From contig JAHDBW010000005.1 of NCBI GenBank assembly GCA_020630175.1, positions 2,279 to 58,999 of the forward strand: a stretch of 56,721 nt of DNA, in the 5' to 3' direction. Positions within the stretch are counted from its first letter, which is position 1. Every line of letters begins with the position of its first letter. The notes under the pieces are model-generated. The model did no database searches and was not told the DNA's origin. It saw only the letters and a program-made list of their open reading frames with translations. Shown here in pieces: positions 40,801 through 51,416 of the stretch. Made by a program: the position numbers and the translations under genes. Source of the DNA: Anaerolineales bacterium. GTDB taxonomy: Bacteria; Chloroflexota; Anaerolineae; Anaerolineales; UBA6668.

Positions 40801-43800
40801 ATGCGTAATCCTATCGCACTGATCACTATTCGTCGGAACCGCCGCGCTCGGCAGCAGGGCAGAGGCCGCTCTGTTTGGGGCTTTGTGGGCCTTGGCTTCT
40901 CTGGCATCCTGATTGCCGTGCTGGCCGCTATTATTTTGCTGCTGGGCGGCGCTGCGTCTGTGTTGACGCAAATCTACAGTTCCTACCTGAGCCAGTTACA
41001 AACCCCGCGTGAAATTGAAGCGGCGTTCAACACCTCTAACGGCGCATTCTTCCAAACGACAAAAATTTATGACCGCACAGGTCAGCACCTGCTTTACGAA
41101 ATCATCGATCCGCGGGCTGGCGACCGGCAGTGGTTAGAAATCAACGCCGTGCCGCGTGAGTTTATCGCGGGCACGATTGCCATTGAAGATAAAACCTTCT
41201 ATGAAAACCCCGGTTACGATTTAGAAGGGATTGGGCGCGCCTTTGTTAGTAATTTACAAGGTGGGCCGATTCAGGGTGGTAGCACTATCACGCAGCAGCT
41301 CATCAAAAATGTGGTGATTTCTCCCAATGAAGTTGCCACGCTGAGCTATGAGCGCAAAGTGCGTGAAGTGTTGCTTGCCAACGAAGTGACCACACGCTAC
41401 AGCAAAGACCAAATCCTTGAGCTGTACCTCAACACAAACTTTTACGGCAACCTCGCTTATGGCGTCGACGCCGCTGCCCGCGTTTACTTTGATAAATCGG
41501 CCACCGAACTTGACTTAGCAGAAAGCGCCTTGCTGGCTGCAATTCCACAGTTCCCCGCGCTCAATCCGCTTGACGCCCCAGAAGAGTCGAAACGCCGCCA
41601 AGAGCTAGTGTTAGACGCCATGCAGCAGCAAGGGTTCCTAACCTTAGAACAGGCTGAACTTGCCAAAAGCGTGGACGTGTTAAGCCGCCTCAAGCCTGCC
41701 CGTGAGCGCTTCAATATTGTTGCACCGCACTTTAGTTTTCATGTCTTGCAAGATTTATTAGATCAGCTTGACCCACAGTTGGTGTATCGCGGGGGGCTGC
41801 GGGTTTACACAACGCTAGATTACAACCTGCAAGAGCAAGTGGAGTGTGTGGCACGGACGCATATCAATCATTTGAGTGGCGGTGACCCGAACACTATTGT
41901 GCAAACGGAAACCGGCGGCGTTTGTGAGGCTGCCAATTTCTTGCCGCCGCTACGCGCCGCTGATGTTGGCGTCGATCACAATGTATCCAATGTCTCGGTC
42001 ACGGTATACGACCACAATACAGGCCAAATCATGGCCATGTTGGGCTCACGTGATTACTGGGACGACTCAATTGACGGAAGCTTTAACGTTGCCGTAGATG
42101 GGTTGCGACAACCGGGGTCTTCCTTCAAGCCGTTTGCTTACATTACGGCGTTTTCGCAAGGCTACACGCCTGCAACCATGGTGTTAGACGTCCGCAAAGG
42201 CTTCAACGCCGGTGTGGCCGAACCTTACGTGCCAGAGAACTATGATCGCCGCTTTCATGGGCCAGTTAGCCTCAGGCAGGCCTTGGCGCGGTCGTACAAT
42301 GTCCCTGCCGTTGAAATTACCAACTGGGTTGGCGTGGAGAACGTAATCCGCACCGCGCACCAAATGGGCATTGATACGCTGACCGATGATTCTAGCCAGT
42401 ATGGCTTGGCGCTTAGCCTGGGCGGTGGTGAGGTGACGCTGATGGATATGACCATGGCCTACGGCGTAATGTCCAACGGTGGCACGATGGTTGGGCAGCC
42501 AATTGACCCCAGCCAAGCCCGCCGTGGCTTTCGCGTATTAGATCCGATTGCGATTTTACGGATTGAAGACTCGGTTGGGCAAGTGCTTAGTGTGTGTGGC
42601 GTAACGGGTGATCAGGCCTGTGATTTCAGCGCACCTAGGAGCCAGCAGGTGCTTAGCCCGCAATTGAGCTACCTCGTTACGGACGTGCTGTCCGATAACG
42701 AATCGCGTATTGCAGCTTTCGGTAGCCCAAATCCATTAGAAATTGGCCGCCCAGCTGCAGCAAAAACCGGCACCACAAATAATCTGATTGATAACTGGAC
42801 GATGGGCTATACCCCACAGCTAACGGTTGGGGTTTGGGTTGGTAATACAGACTCCACGCGCATGGAAGATATCTCGGGTCTTACTGGTGCTGGTCCCATT
42901 TGGAATGCGGTAATGAAATACGCCACGCGTGACCTGCCGCCGATTGGGTGGGAACAACCAGCAGGCCTAACTGAGCTGCAAGTGTGCTATCCATCAGGCT
43001 TGCTTCCGTCACGCGAGTGCCAGCAATATAAAAACGATATTTTTGTACAAGGCACAGAGCCAACGCGCCCAGATAACATTTGGCGGACGTATCAGATCAA
43101 CCGTGAAACGGAAAAGCTAGCCACGATTTATACGGCGCCAGAGTTGATTGAAGAACGCACTTATCAAGTCTTGCCAGATGAAGCCAACGATTGGCTGATT
43201 GCCGCAAATATCGCGCAGCCGCCCACAGAATATGACACGCTCGGGCCACAGTTTGATGGCAGCCAGAACGTAGTGGTGACCTATCCCTTGCCGTTTGACT
43301 ACGTGCGCGGCGTGTTTGATATTACTGGGGTTGCCAAAGGCAATGGATTTGCGCTGGGCAAGGTGCAGTTTGGCGCAGGGCTGAATCCCACTGAGTGGAC
43401 GCAAATTGGACCCGATAAGGAAGAACCGCAGGAAGAAGAAGGGCGCTTAGAAACGTTCAACACTGCTGGGTTTGAAGGGCTGTACACTATTCAAGTGTTG
43501 GTCTTGCGTGAGGATCAGCTGTTTGAGCAGGTCAATGTGCCAATTACGATTGATAACACTGCGCCAACGGTTGAGCTGGTGTCGCCAGTCAATGGCTATA
43601 CCATCAAGCTGGAAGACGAGTCGCTTGTGATCCAGCCTAACGCCGCAGACAATTTGGCGTTGGAAAGCGTTAACGTTTACGTCAATGGGGGGCTGGTAGA
43701 AACCAGCAGCGTTGCGCCATTTACCATGCGTTGGAAATTGCCAGCCATTGGGGATTACGCCGTATATGTTGAGGCGGTCGACGCCGCTGGCAATATCGCC

Positions 43801-43836
43801 CGCAGTGAGACTGTTTCGATCAGTGTGACCGAATAA
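40801..43836 (+). CDS. Class A bifunctional penicillin-binding protein with C-terminal Ig-like domains
   Basis: Transglycosylase AIEDKTFY, GGSTITQQL; transpeptidase SSFK, SYN, KTG. Confidence 0.95.
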   Translation: MRNPIALITIRRNRRARQQGRGRSVWGFVGLGFSGILIAVLAAIILLLGGAASVLTQIYSSYLSQLQTPREIEAAFNTSNGAFFQTTKIYDRTGQHLLYEIIDPRAGDRQWLEINAVPREFIAGTIAIEDKTFYENPGYDLEGIGRAFVSNLQGGPIQGGSTITQQLIKNVVISPNEVATLSYERKVREVLLANEVTTRYSKDQILELYLNTNFYGNLAYGVDAAARVYFDKSATELDLAESALLAAIPQFPALNPLDAPEESKRRQELVLDAMQQQGFLTLEQAELAKSVDVLSRLKPARERFNIVAPHFSFHVLQDLLDQLDPQLVYRGGLRVYTTLDYNLQEQVECVARTHINHLSGGDPNTIVQTETGGVCEAANFLPPLRAADVGVDHNVSNVSVTVYDHNTGQIMAMLGSRDYWDDSIDGSFNVAVDGLRQPGSSFKPFAYITAFSQGYTPATMVLDVRKGFNAGVAEPYVPENYDRRFHGPVSLRQALARSYNVPAVEITNWVGVENVIRTAHQMGIDTLTDDSSQYGLALSLGGGEVTLMDMTMAYGVMSNGGTMVGQPIDPSQARRGFRVLDPIAILRIEDSVGQVLSVCGVTGDQACDFSAPRSQQVLSPQLSYLVTDVLSDNESRIAAFGSPNPLEIGRPAAAKTGTTNNLIDNWTMGYTPQLTVGVWVGNTDSTRMEDISGLTGAGPIWNAVMKYATRDLPPIGWEQPAGLTELQVCYPSGLLPSRECQQYKNDIFVQGTEPTRPDNIWRTYQINRETEKLATIYTAPELIEERTYQVLPDEANDWLIAANIAQPPTEYDTLGPQFDGSQNVVVTYPLPFDYVRGVFDITGVAKGNGFALGKVQFGAGLNPTEWTQIGPDKEEPQEEEGRLETFNTAGFEGLYTIQVLVLREDQLFEQVNVPITIDNTAPTVELVSPVNGYTIKLEDESLVIQPNAADNLALESVNVYVNGGLVETSSVAPFTMRWKLPAIGDYAVYVEAVDAAGNIARSETVSISVTE

Positions 43837-43865
43837 CGCGCAGCATTAGACAGTGCTCTTGAATC

Positions 43866-43916
43866 AAAAAAGCGGCTATAGCCTCACATTGCAATGTGCG
43901 CCTACAGCCGCTTTTT
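43866..43916. terminator. Bidirectional terminator, long hairpin
   Basis: AAAAGCGGCT...CACATTGCAATGTG...AGCCGCTTTT between convergent genes. Confidence 0.7.
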
Positions 43917-43936
43917 ATTTTTAGTAGCGCTTTAGT

Positions 43937-44647
43937 TTATTCGACCCAAATATCAGCCGCTAGTTCAGCACCAACCACTTGTTCATCGCGACCGTTGATT
44001 TTGACGCGGATCGGACCATTGAACGGTGCCCGGTTAATCACTTCGATGGCCTGACCGGGGATCATTTGAATTTCTGACAAATACAGCAATTTATCCGCAG
44101 AGTGGCTTTTGATGCGGCTAATTTTGCCAGCAGTGCCCGGCTCTATTTTTGCCATGCTGACATCATTGATCACTTCAATCTGCCCATCTTTGGTTGGGAT
44201 TGGCTCGCCGTGCGGGCAGCGGGTGGGGTGCCCACAAAGCAGATCCATCCGATCTTCAACTTCTTCAGAAAGATCTTCAAAATCGTGCGCATATGCATGG
44301 GCTTCATGCCAGCCAAAATTCATCACGTCTACTAGAAAACGTTCGACCAAGCGATGGCTGCGAATTTCACGCAGAGCTTCGCGCACGCCTTTATCAGTTA
44401 GCGTTACGCCTTTATAAGGCTCGCGGCCACAATAGCCATCACAAACTAACCGGCGAATCATTTTGACCGCCGCTGGTGGAGAAACGTTCAGCCGTTCTGC
44501 CAGCAGATTGGTAGGCACATTGCCACCATTTTCATCGTGAATCCGATAAATTTCCGCCAAATATTCGCGTTGCGGTTGCGTAAGTGGCGGCTCTAAGCCG
44601 GGCACAACTGGTTGATCGTGTAGATGTGAGTAGTAAGTTTCCATCAA
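43937..44647 (-). CDS. DtxR/MntR-family metal-dependent regulator with FeoA domain
   Basis: EYLAEIY, HRLVERFL, PTRCPHGEPIP, APFNGPI. Confidence 0.92.
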   Translation of the reverse strand: MMETYYSHLHDQPVVPGLEPPLTQPQREYLAEIYRIHDENGGNVPTNLLAERLNVSPPAAVKMIRRLVCDGYCGREPYKGVTLTDKGVREALREIRSHRLVERFLVDVMNFGWHEAHAYAHDFEDLSEEVEDRMDLLCGHPTRCPHGEPIPTKDGQIEVINDVSMAKIEPGTAGKISRIKSHSADKLLYLSEIQMIPGQAIEVINRAPFNGPIRVKINGRDEQVVGAELAADIWVE

Positions 44648-44857
44648 TAATACCTATTCAATTCTAGCAGTTCTAAGGGCGAAGTGTATACCATTTGCCC
44701 TAATATTCGCTGCGATCAGCGGATTGTGACCGGTTTCGTTTCTGAAACTTAGACAGTCGGGATTACCCACGGTTAACTTTTGATTAGATTTAGTGCAACT
44801 TCAAAATACAACGTCTGTCATTGTGTGCAGCCCAGAACCGCTTAAACTTCTTATACG

Positions 44858-46495
44858 ATGGCCGGATTGCGCATGCCCTTTAAGCGAACTCAGATGCTAT
44901 CGATCAGGTTAAGTTACTTGTCGTTACACAAAGTTCAACCCCGTTATGTGCTGCTTAGTGGCTTGGCAATTCTTGTTGGGCTGCTTTTGCTATTGCCGCC
45001 TGTTTACATTTTTGTGCGGGCCGCAGAAAGCATACCGGATGCCATCAAAGTCTTGACCAAGGTTGGCACCTTTTGGACACTCCTCAGAACAATTAGCCTT
45101 TCGCTTACGGTTACCTTATTTGCTGCACTCATTAGCATTCCTTTAGCGTGGCTCACCACGCGCACTAATTTACCGGGCCGCCGTATTTGGGCGGTATTGC
45201 TGGCGTTGCCGTTGGTTATTCCAAGTTACGTTGGTGCCTATTTGTTTGTGTCTGTGTTTGGCCCTTACGGCATGGTGCAAGGCTGGCTAGAACCTTTAGG
45301 AATCGAGCGCCTGCCAGATGTACATAGTTTCTGGGGCACCGTTTTGGTGCTTACCCTGATGAGCTATCCTTACATCCTGCTATCCACCCGCAATGCGCTT
45401 AACAAAACCGATCCAGCGCTAGAAGAGGCCGCACGCTCGCTTGGCTATACTCCGTTTGAAACCTTCCGGCAGATTGTGCTCCCGCTGATCAGGCCCGGTA
45501 TTGTGGCTGGCGCGTTGCTTGTTGCCTTGTATGTGCTGCGTGATTTTGGCGCGGTCTCTGTCATGCGCTACAACACGTTTACGCGCGTAATTTACATTCA
45601 ATATCAGTCCTTTTTGAGCCGTTCCTTGGCGGCAGCGTTGGCAATTCCGTTGATTTTGATGACGTTAGCCTTAGTGATTTTTGAACTCCGCTTACGACGC
45701 CAACATGAACAAACCCATAAAGAAAGTGGTGCGCAACGTCCGCCGCCGCAGCACGCTTTAGGCGTTTGGAAGTGGCCAGCCTTACTGTTTTGCGGCCTGA
45801 TTGTATTTTTAGCCTTGGGCGTGCCAGCCGGTGGCCTTTCTTTCTGGCTGATCCGGGGCGTGCTCAGCGGTGAGGTGATTTCTGATCTGTGGGCGGCATT
45901 GCTAAACACAATGCTTGCTGGCAGTGGTGCGGCAATGCTCACGCTAGTCTCGGCCCTCATCGTGGCGCAACTGATGGTGCAGCGCCGTCGCACCTGGCTG
46001 GCTAAAAGCTTGGAACACATTGTGTACATTGGCTTTGCATTGCCGGGAATTGTCGTGGCCTTAGCCTTAGTTTTCTTTGGCGCACGCTATTCACGTTTGC
46101 TGTATCAATCGCTGCCAATGTTGCTAATCGCGTATATGATTTTGTATATTCCGCAGGCGGTTGGCACGCTGCGTACATCGCTGTTGCAAGTGCGCAAAAG
46201 TTTGAACGAAGCCTCGCGCAGCTTAGGCAATTCGCCATTGCGCACCTTTTTCAAGGTCACGTTTCCACTGATTCGCTCTGGGTTGTTTGCCGGTGGGGCG
46301 TTGGTGTTTTTGACCGTTGTCAAAGAATTGCCAGCCACGCTCTTGCTAAGCCCGTTTGAATTCCCAACGTTGGCAACATTAGTGTGGGCTAACGTTTCCG
46401 AAGCATTTTTTGCCAAAGCTGCTGCTCCGGCGTTACTATTGATTCTGTTGTCTTCGATTCCGATGGCAATTCTCACCTTCCGTGAGCAGACGTAG
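44858..46495 (+). CDS. Fe3+-type ABC transporter permease (FbpB-like)
   Basis: LPLVIPSYVGA; two EAA loops (LEEAARSLG, LNEASRSLG); KELPATLLL. Exact start uncertain. Confidence 0.9.
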   Translation: MAGLRMPFKRTQMLSIRLSYLSLHKVQPRYVLLSGLAILVGLLLLLPPVYIFVRAAESIPDAIKVLTKVGTFWTLLRTISLSLTVTLFAALISIPLAWLTTRTNLPGRRIWAVLLALPLVIPSYVGAYLFVSVFGPYGMVQGWLEPLGIERLPDVHSFWGTVLVLTLMSYPYILLSTRNALNKTDPALEEAARSLGYTPFETFRQIVLPLIRPGIVAGALLVALYVLRDFGAVSVMRYNTFTRVIYIQYQSFLSRSLAAALAIPLILMTLALVIFELRLRRQHEQTHKESGAQRPPPQHALGVWKWPALLFCGLIVFLALGVPAGGLSFWLIRGVLSGEVISDLWAALLNTMLAGSGAAMLTLVSALIVAQLMVQRRRTWLAKSLEHIVYIGFALPGIVVALALVFFGARYSRLLYQSLPMLLIAYMILYIPQAVGTLRTSLLQVRKSLNEASRSLGNSPLRTFFKVTFPLIRSGLFAGGALVFLTVVKELPATLLLSPFEFPTLATLVWANVSEAFFAKAAAPALLLILLSSIPMAILTFREQT

Positions 46496-46510
46496 CAAGC
46501 GTATTTATAA

Positions 46511-47545
46511 ATGGCTGTAATTGAATTCCGTAACGTAACTAAGACATTTCCCGGGCGTGATGTAACGGCCGTCCACGATGTTAGCTTTGCCGTTGGGCAA
46601 GGTGACCTTGTCATCGTTATTGGGCCGTCTGGTGCGGGAAAAACAACCGTGCTGCGGTTACTGGCTGGATTTGAAACGCCTGATTCCGGTGAAATCTTGA
46701 TCAATAACGCCGTTGTGGCGTCAGATCGGAAAATGGTTGCGCCAGAAAAACGCGGCATTGGCATGGTGTTTCAAGACTATGCCCTGTTTCCACATCTCAC
46801 CGTTGCAGAAAACATCTCATTTGGGCTTCGCAAATCCACAAAGGCAATGAAGGCGGCGCGGGTTGCTGAGTTGCTTGAATTGATTGGACTGCCAACCATT
46901 GCCAACGCTTATCCGCATGAGCTTTCTGGTGGGCAGCAACAGCGGGTTAGCATGGCGCGTGCTTTGGCACCTAAGCCAGTTTTACTGCTGATGGATGAGC
47001 CATTTTCTAACGTGGATGCGGAATTGCGTGCTTCTCTGCGCGAGCATGTGCGCCAAATCCTCAAGGCCACAAACACCACCGCGTTAATGGTGACGCATGA
47101 TCAGCAAGAGGCCAGTGAAATGGCCGACTACTTGGCGATCTTGCACGATGGCGCTTTGGAGCAGTGGGGCACACCGCAAGAAATCTACTGTAAACCAACC
47201 ACGATGTTCATCGCTAACTTCTTTGGTGGGGCGATGATGATCCCCGGGCAGGTTAATGGTGACATGGTGGAAAGCGAACTGGGTGCCATTGCTGCGCCCA
47301 ATGATGTTGTCGATGGTGCTGCAATCAAACTGGTTGTACGCTCAGAGAATATCGATATTACGCCTAACGAAAATGGGATCGCCACCGTCACGCAGCGCCG
47401 TTATTGGGGTGGTAACCATTACTACGCCTTAAAACTCGAATCTGGACTGTTGTTACAGTCTGCCCCGACCAGTACACCGCTAGAAATTGGGCAGCGCGTT
47501 GATATAAACGTTGCGCTCCAAGATATCAATATTTTTCAGGAATAA
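46511..47545 (+). CDS. Fe3+-type ABC transporter ATPase (FbpC-like)
   Basis: GPSGAGKT, VFQDYALFPH, LSGGQQQR, TOBE domain. Confidence 0.92.
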   Translation: MAVIEFRNVTKTFPGRDVTAVHDVSFAVGQGDLVIVIGPSGAGKTTVLRLLAGFETPDSGEILINNAVVASDRKMVAPEKRGIGMVFQDYALFPHLTVAENISFGLRKSTKAMKAARVAELLELIGLPTIANAYPHELSGGQQQRVSMARALAPKPVLLLMDEPFSNVDAELRASLREHVRQILKATNTTALMVTHDQQEASEMADYLAILHDGALEQWGTPQEIYCKPTTMFIANFFGGAMMIPGQVNGDMVESELGAIAAPNDVVDGAAIKLVVRSENIDITPNENGIATVTQRRYWGGNHYYALKLESGLLLQSAPTSTPLEIGQRVDINVALQDINIFQE

Positions 47546-47595
47546 CCTGCCATTTACTGCGGTTGCTAGGCCGCAATTGCAATCGCATAGGAGTT

Positions 47596-49044
47596 ATGAT
47601 GCAAAAACGGCTACTCGCTCTTTTACCAGCGTTCGCGTTGCTGCTGCTTGCCTGCAACTTAGCTGAACTGGTGCTTAGTGACACTTCCCCCACAGATAAT
47701 TCATTGCCAACCAGCGCCCCTGAAGATCGGCTTGACATCCCAATTCAAGATCCAGAAATGGCAACCGAGTCTGCCGTAGTGCAGGCAACCGCAATTGCCA
47801 CCAACGCGCCAAAACCAAGCGTCCCAGACGTGGCGCCCGCAGACTTAGCTGGGTATGAAATTTTAGACGTGCAGCCGACGGCCTATCCAGCGGTGTATAC
47901 GGACACCGCCTTGCAAACCACAGTGTTTGACGAGTTCTGGTCGCTAATCATGACCGAGCACGTGTATCGGCAGCAGCTAGCACCGCAGTTAGCACCGTTG
48001 AAGGCACAATACGATGCGCAAATTAGCGCTGGCCTCAACAACGCCGAGTTCTGGGCGTTGCTGACCGAAATTACTTATCAACTCAACGACGAACATTCTT
48101 ATCTGGTCTCGGCGGATAAAGCGGAAGGCGTGCGCAATTTACTGCGCGGCGATGCTGGTTATGCAGGGATCGGCGTGGCGCTAATTGGTCAGCCTGAAAA
48201 TGATAGTGCACTTGTTGGCTGGGCAATTCCCAATAATGCGGCTTGGAATGCGGGACTGCGTAATGGCGACCGGATTATTGCGGTCAATGGTTACCGCTTA
48301 TGCTGTGCGCCAAATGGCGAGGCCTTTGATTTTATTAGCGGACCCGCAGGCACGACCATCGATCTGCTGGTGCAAAAGCCAGATGGCACGTTACAAGAGC
48401 GCACCGTTACCCGTAGTCCAATCGAAGTGCAAGATGCCATCGTAACAAATCGATTTGGGGATACGGGTTATATTCAAATCAATACGTTTCTAGACCGTGA
48501 CATTGATGATAAGTTCGCGGCGGCGTGGGCGAGCTTGAATGCCAATCAGGATCTGACGGGCTTAGTTATTGATCTGCGCACCAATACCGGCGGGCTAATT
48601 ATTCAGTCCAATGCGATTTTGAGCTATTTTGTAGACGGCGACTTATTTTGGTATTACGAGCCGTATATTGAAAAAGGCAACCTTGTGCCGCGTAATATGG
48701 CTGGGCAAGACGTGCTAGGGTCGCAATCCATTCCGCTAGCGGTGTTGGTCAGCAGCGCAACAAATAGCATGGGCGAACGGTTTGCCGGTTTTTTACATGA
48801 TAACCAACGCAGCCAAGCGCTAACCATCGGGACCACAACGCACGCAAATATCGAGGAAATTACCCCGTTCAATCTTGCTGATGGGTCTATCCTCTACCTA
48901 GCAACCGATACAATTTGGCCAATTAGTGGCGATTGGGAAGAAACTGGCGTGCCAATTGATATCCCAGTTTCTTTTGACTGGCAACACCTTGGCGATCCAA
49001 ACTTAGACGCCGCCTTGCAGACTGCAATCCAGCAGTTACCTTAG
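47596..49044 (+). CDS. S41-family peptidase lipoprotein with PDZ domain
   Basis: Lipobox LLAC; LNDEHS; GIGV; IDLRTNTGG; TNSMGE; SD AGGAG before ATG 47596. Confidence 0.85.
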   Translation: MMQKRLLALLPAFALLLLACNLAELVLSDTSPTDNSLPTSAPEDRLDIPIQDPEMATESAVVQATAIATNAPKPSVPDVAPADLAGYEILDVQPTAYPAVYTDTALQTTVFDEFWSLIMTEHVYRQQLAPQLAPLKAQYDAQISAGLNNAEFWALLTEITYQLNDEHSYLVSADKAEGVRNLLRGDAGYAGIGVALIGQPENDSALVGWAIPNNAAWNAGLRNGDRIIAVNGYRLCCAPNGEAFDFISGPAGTTIDLLVQKPDGTLQERTVTRSPIEVQDAIVTNRFGDTGYIQINTFLDRDIDDKFAAAWASLNANQDLTGLVIDLRTNTGGLIIQSNAILSYFVDGDLFWYYEPYIEKGNLVPRNMAGQDVLGSQSIPLAVLVSSATNSMGERFAGFLHDNQRSQALTIGTTTHANIEEITPFNLADGSILYLATDTIWPISGDWEETGVPIDIPVSFDWQHLGDPNLDAALQTAIQQLP

Positions 49045-49296
49045 CTTGATGCATGTTATTCGCGACGAATAGTCGTATCAAAACAGTGTGGCCTAATGCG
49101 CGTAGAACGCACCTTAGGCCATACTGGCCTCATTACAAAAATCAAACATAAAAATTGCGATATCTAACGGCGATTGTTGTAAACTCTAAGTAAGCCACAC
49201 ATCAATTTGTCAGAGAAGAGTCTACGTTTGCAGCGCTGTATTTCAGCGGTAGCGTAGTTTTTTGGCTGACAGCTACATTCAGTTGAGGATACGACT

Positions 49297-50553
49297 ATCG
49301 CTGCTAAAGTCACGCTGCCGCCGCCGTCAATTACGCTAAGCAATTCAGATGCTCGCCGCTTTATGCTGGCGCATCAACGGTTGCTCACGCCGCGCCAATT
49401 GCAAGGCAAACAAGGCGTTATGGACTTTATTCAGCATGTTGGCTGTATTCAATATGATCCAATTAACTTGGTTGGGCGCAGTCCAGACTTAACCCTACAA
49501 GCTCGCGTTGGCGACTATACCCCCGCCTACTTAGATCAACTGCTCTATCAGGATCGGCAGCTTATAGATGGCTGGGATAAGATGGCGTCCATTCATGCAA
49601 TGGCCGACCGACCTTATTTCAATCGGCACCGCAGCGCGATGCAAGATCGGCATATCAAAAGCCCCTCGCGTGAGATTTTGCCCAATATCCTCCAAGCGAT
49701 TGAAGAGAAAGGTGCAATGCCCGCGCGCGAGTTTCAACACACCGGTCAAGTGATTGGCGGCTGGGGTAAACCGATTCGCATGGTTCGGCAAGCGCTTAAC
49801 GTGTTGTATGACGTTGGCGACCTCTCAATCCATCATCGTCTAGGCGCAATTCGCGTTTTTGATTTATCAGAACGCCTCGTGCCGGATGACATACTGCATG
49901 CGCCAGACCCAAATCCTAAAGATGTTGACTATCAAGATTGGCACATCATGCGTCGCGTTGGCAGCATGGGCATTGTGCAAGCCTTTGCAGGTGAGCATTG
50001 GGGCGGGATGACAAATGTAAAAAGCCTGGCGCGCAAAGCCACTTTACGGCGTTTAGTTGAAAAAGGCTTGCTAACCGTGGCTGAAGTCGAAGGTATACCG
50101 CAGCGGCATTACTTCTTACGCACCGCAGACCTCGCTCGGTTGACGTTGTTACGCACAATGGATGTTGGCAATAACGCTAGTTTGATTGGTCCGCTTGATA
50201 ACTTGATCTGGGATCGGGACCTAATGCGGCAGTTGTTTAAGTTTGACTATGTCTGGGAAATATACAAGCCCGCAGACACGCGCCGCTATGGGTATTATGT
50301 TTTGCCGGTTATATACAAAGATGGCTTTGTGGCACGGGTAAATTTAGCCTTCAATAAAAAGACGCGCATGCTAAGTATTGAAGATTGGTGGTGGGAGCAG
50401 GGCGTTACGCCAGACGACGCAATGCGTGCTGCATTAATTGCTGCCTTTCAGGCGTTTATGCGGTATTTGGACACCCGGCAACTTCAGCTAGGTGAATCGT
50501 ATGCAGGTGAAAAACTGCTAAGCAACGTTGTTGCGCAAGCAATTGTGGAATAA
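49297..50553 (+). CDS. YcaQ/AlkZ-family (HTH_42) crosslink-repair DNA glycosylase
   Basis: IQYDPI QxD motif, PLDNLIWDR, WEIYKP...RRYGYYVLP. LSNSDARR upstream of ATG 49363 suggests an ATC start at 49297. Confidence 0.88.
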   Translation: MAAKVTLPPPSITLSNSDARRFMLAHQRLLTPRQLQGKQGVMDFIQHVGCIQYDPINLVGRSPDLTLQARVGDYTPAYLDQLLYQDRQLIDGWDKMASIHAMADRPYFNRHRSAMQDRHIKSPSREILPNILQAIEEKGAMPAREFQHTGQVIGGWGKPIRMVRQALNVLYDVGDLSIHHRLGAIRVFDLSERLVPDDILHAPDPNPKDVDYQDWHIMRRVGSMGIVQAFAGEHWGGMTNVKSLARKATLRRLVEKGLLTVAEVEGIPQRHYFLRTADLARLTLLRTMDVGNNASLIGPLDNLIWDRDLMRQLFKFDYVWEIYKPADTRRYGYYVLPVIYKDGFVARVNLAFNKKTRMLSIEDWWWEQGVTPDDAMRAALIAAFQAFMRYLDTRQLQLGESYAGEKLLSNVVAQAIVE

Positions 50554-50555
50554 CG

Positions 50556-51416
50556 TTATTGTTTTTGCGCCAAGGTCGGTGCAATTTGCAGCTTTGCCAG
50601 CACGGCATGATGGTCCATGCCAAGGCCACCGTCTAAGCGACTAGTGTCTGGGGTCATGCCCAGTACAACGCTATCCCCAACCGCAAAATTCGTTACGATG
50701 TGATCTAACGTTAGGTGGCGCCACATAAATGAGTGGGTCGTTTCTGGCTTATTGTTGGCCAAAACTCGGCTGTGATGCCAATAGTCTTTGTTTGCATCAA
50801 GCGGCCCAGCGTATTGTCGCCATTCCTCGGCTGAAGCATCATTAGACCGGAACGGGTCCATATTGAAATCTCCTAAGATCAAATTGTATTTTTGATCTGC
50901 CAAAGGCGAAACGCCATAACGGTCATCAAAGATGCTGCGGATGGCATTAACTCGCCAATGCACGCTGCGGCTTGAAAAGTGACCGTAGATGATGCCAAAT
51001 TGAAAGTCCCCTAAATAGGCATTGACCTTAGAGACGCAGAATTTTCCAAACGGATCTGGCGCGAAAGATAACGTACGGGCGATGCTGTCGCAGTATCCGC
51101 CCTTTGCGCAATTTTCAAAGCCACCATAATCCACATGAATGCCGATACACGTGTGATGAAACGTGCTATCGGTCACGATGGAGTAGTTATCCCCTAGTAG
51201 CCGCCTTGCTTGCGGGCCAAGCGCAGCACGCGCTGGGCGTGTCTGATCTGAATCGCGATGATCTAGTTCTTGAAATGAAACAATTGTCGGTTGATGATGC
51301 CGAATACGTTTTGCGATTTCACGCTCAACCTTCTCTTCACAAAGATTGTATTTATATTTTCGACATTTGAGACTGATATTACCTACGTTGGCGGTGAGTA
51401 CTGTAAATGTTTTAAT
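50556..51416 (-). CDS. Exonuclease/endonuclease/phosphatase (EEP) family protein
   Basis: Frame is open 80 codons upstream of the track start and contains FTVLTANV and IVSFQE; later LGDFN, LDHI, MDH. Apparent ATT start. Confidence 0.8.
   Translation of the reverse strand: MKTFTVLTANVGNISLKCRKYKYNLCEEKVEREIAKRIRHHQPTIVSFQELDHRDSDQTRPARAALGPQARRLLGDNYSIVTDSTFHHTCIGIHVDYGGFENCAKGGYCDSIARTLSFAPDPFGKFCVSKVNAYLGDFQFGIIYGHFSSRSVHWRVNAIRSIFDDRYGVSPLADQKYNLILGDFNMDPFRSNDASAEEWRQYAGPLDANKDYWHHSRVLANNKPETTHSFMWRHLTLDHIVTNFAVGDSVVLGMTPDTSRLDGGLGMDHHAVLAKLQIAPTLAQKQ

Noticed and set aside
50556-51416. Frameshifted EEP pseudogene
   Set aside because: The upstream motifs are in the same frame with no stop; only the start codon is atypical.
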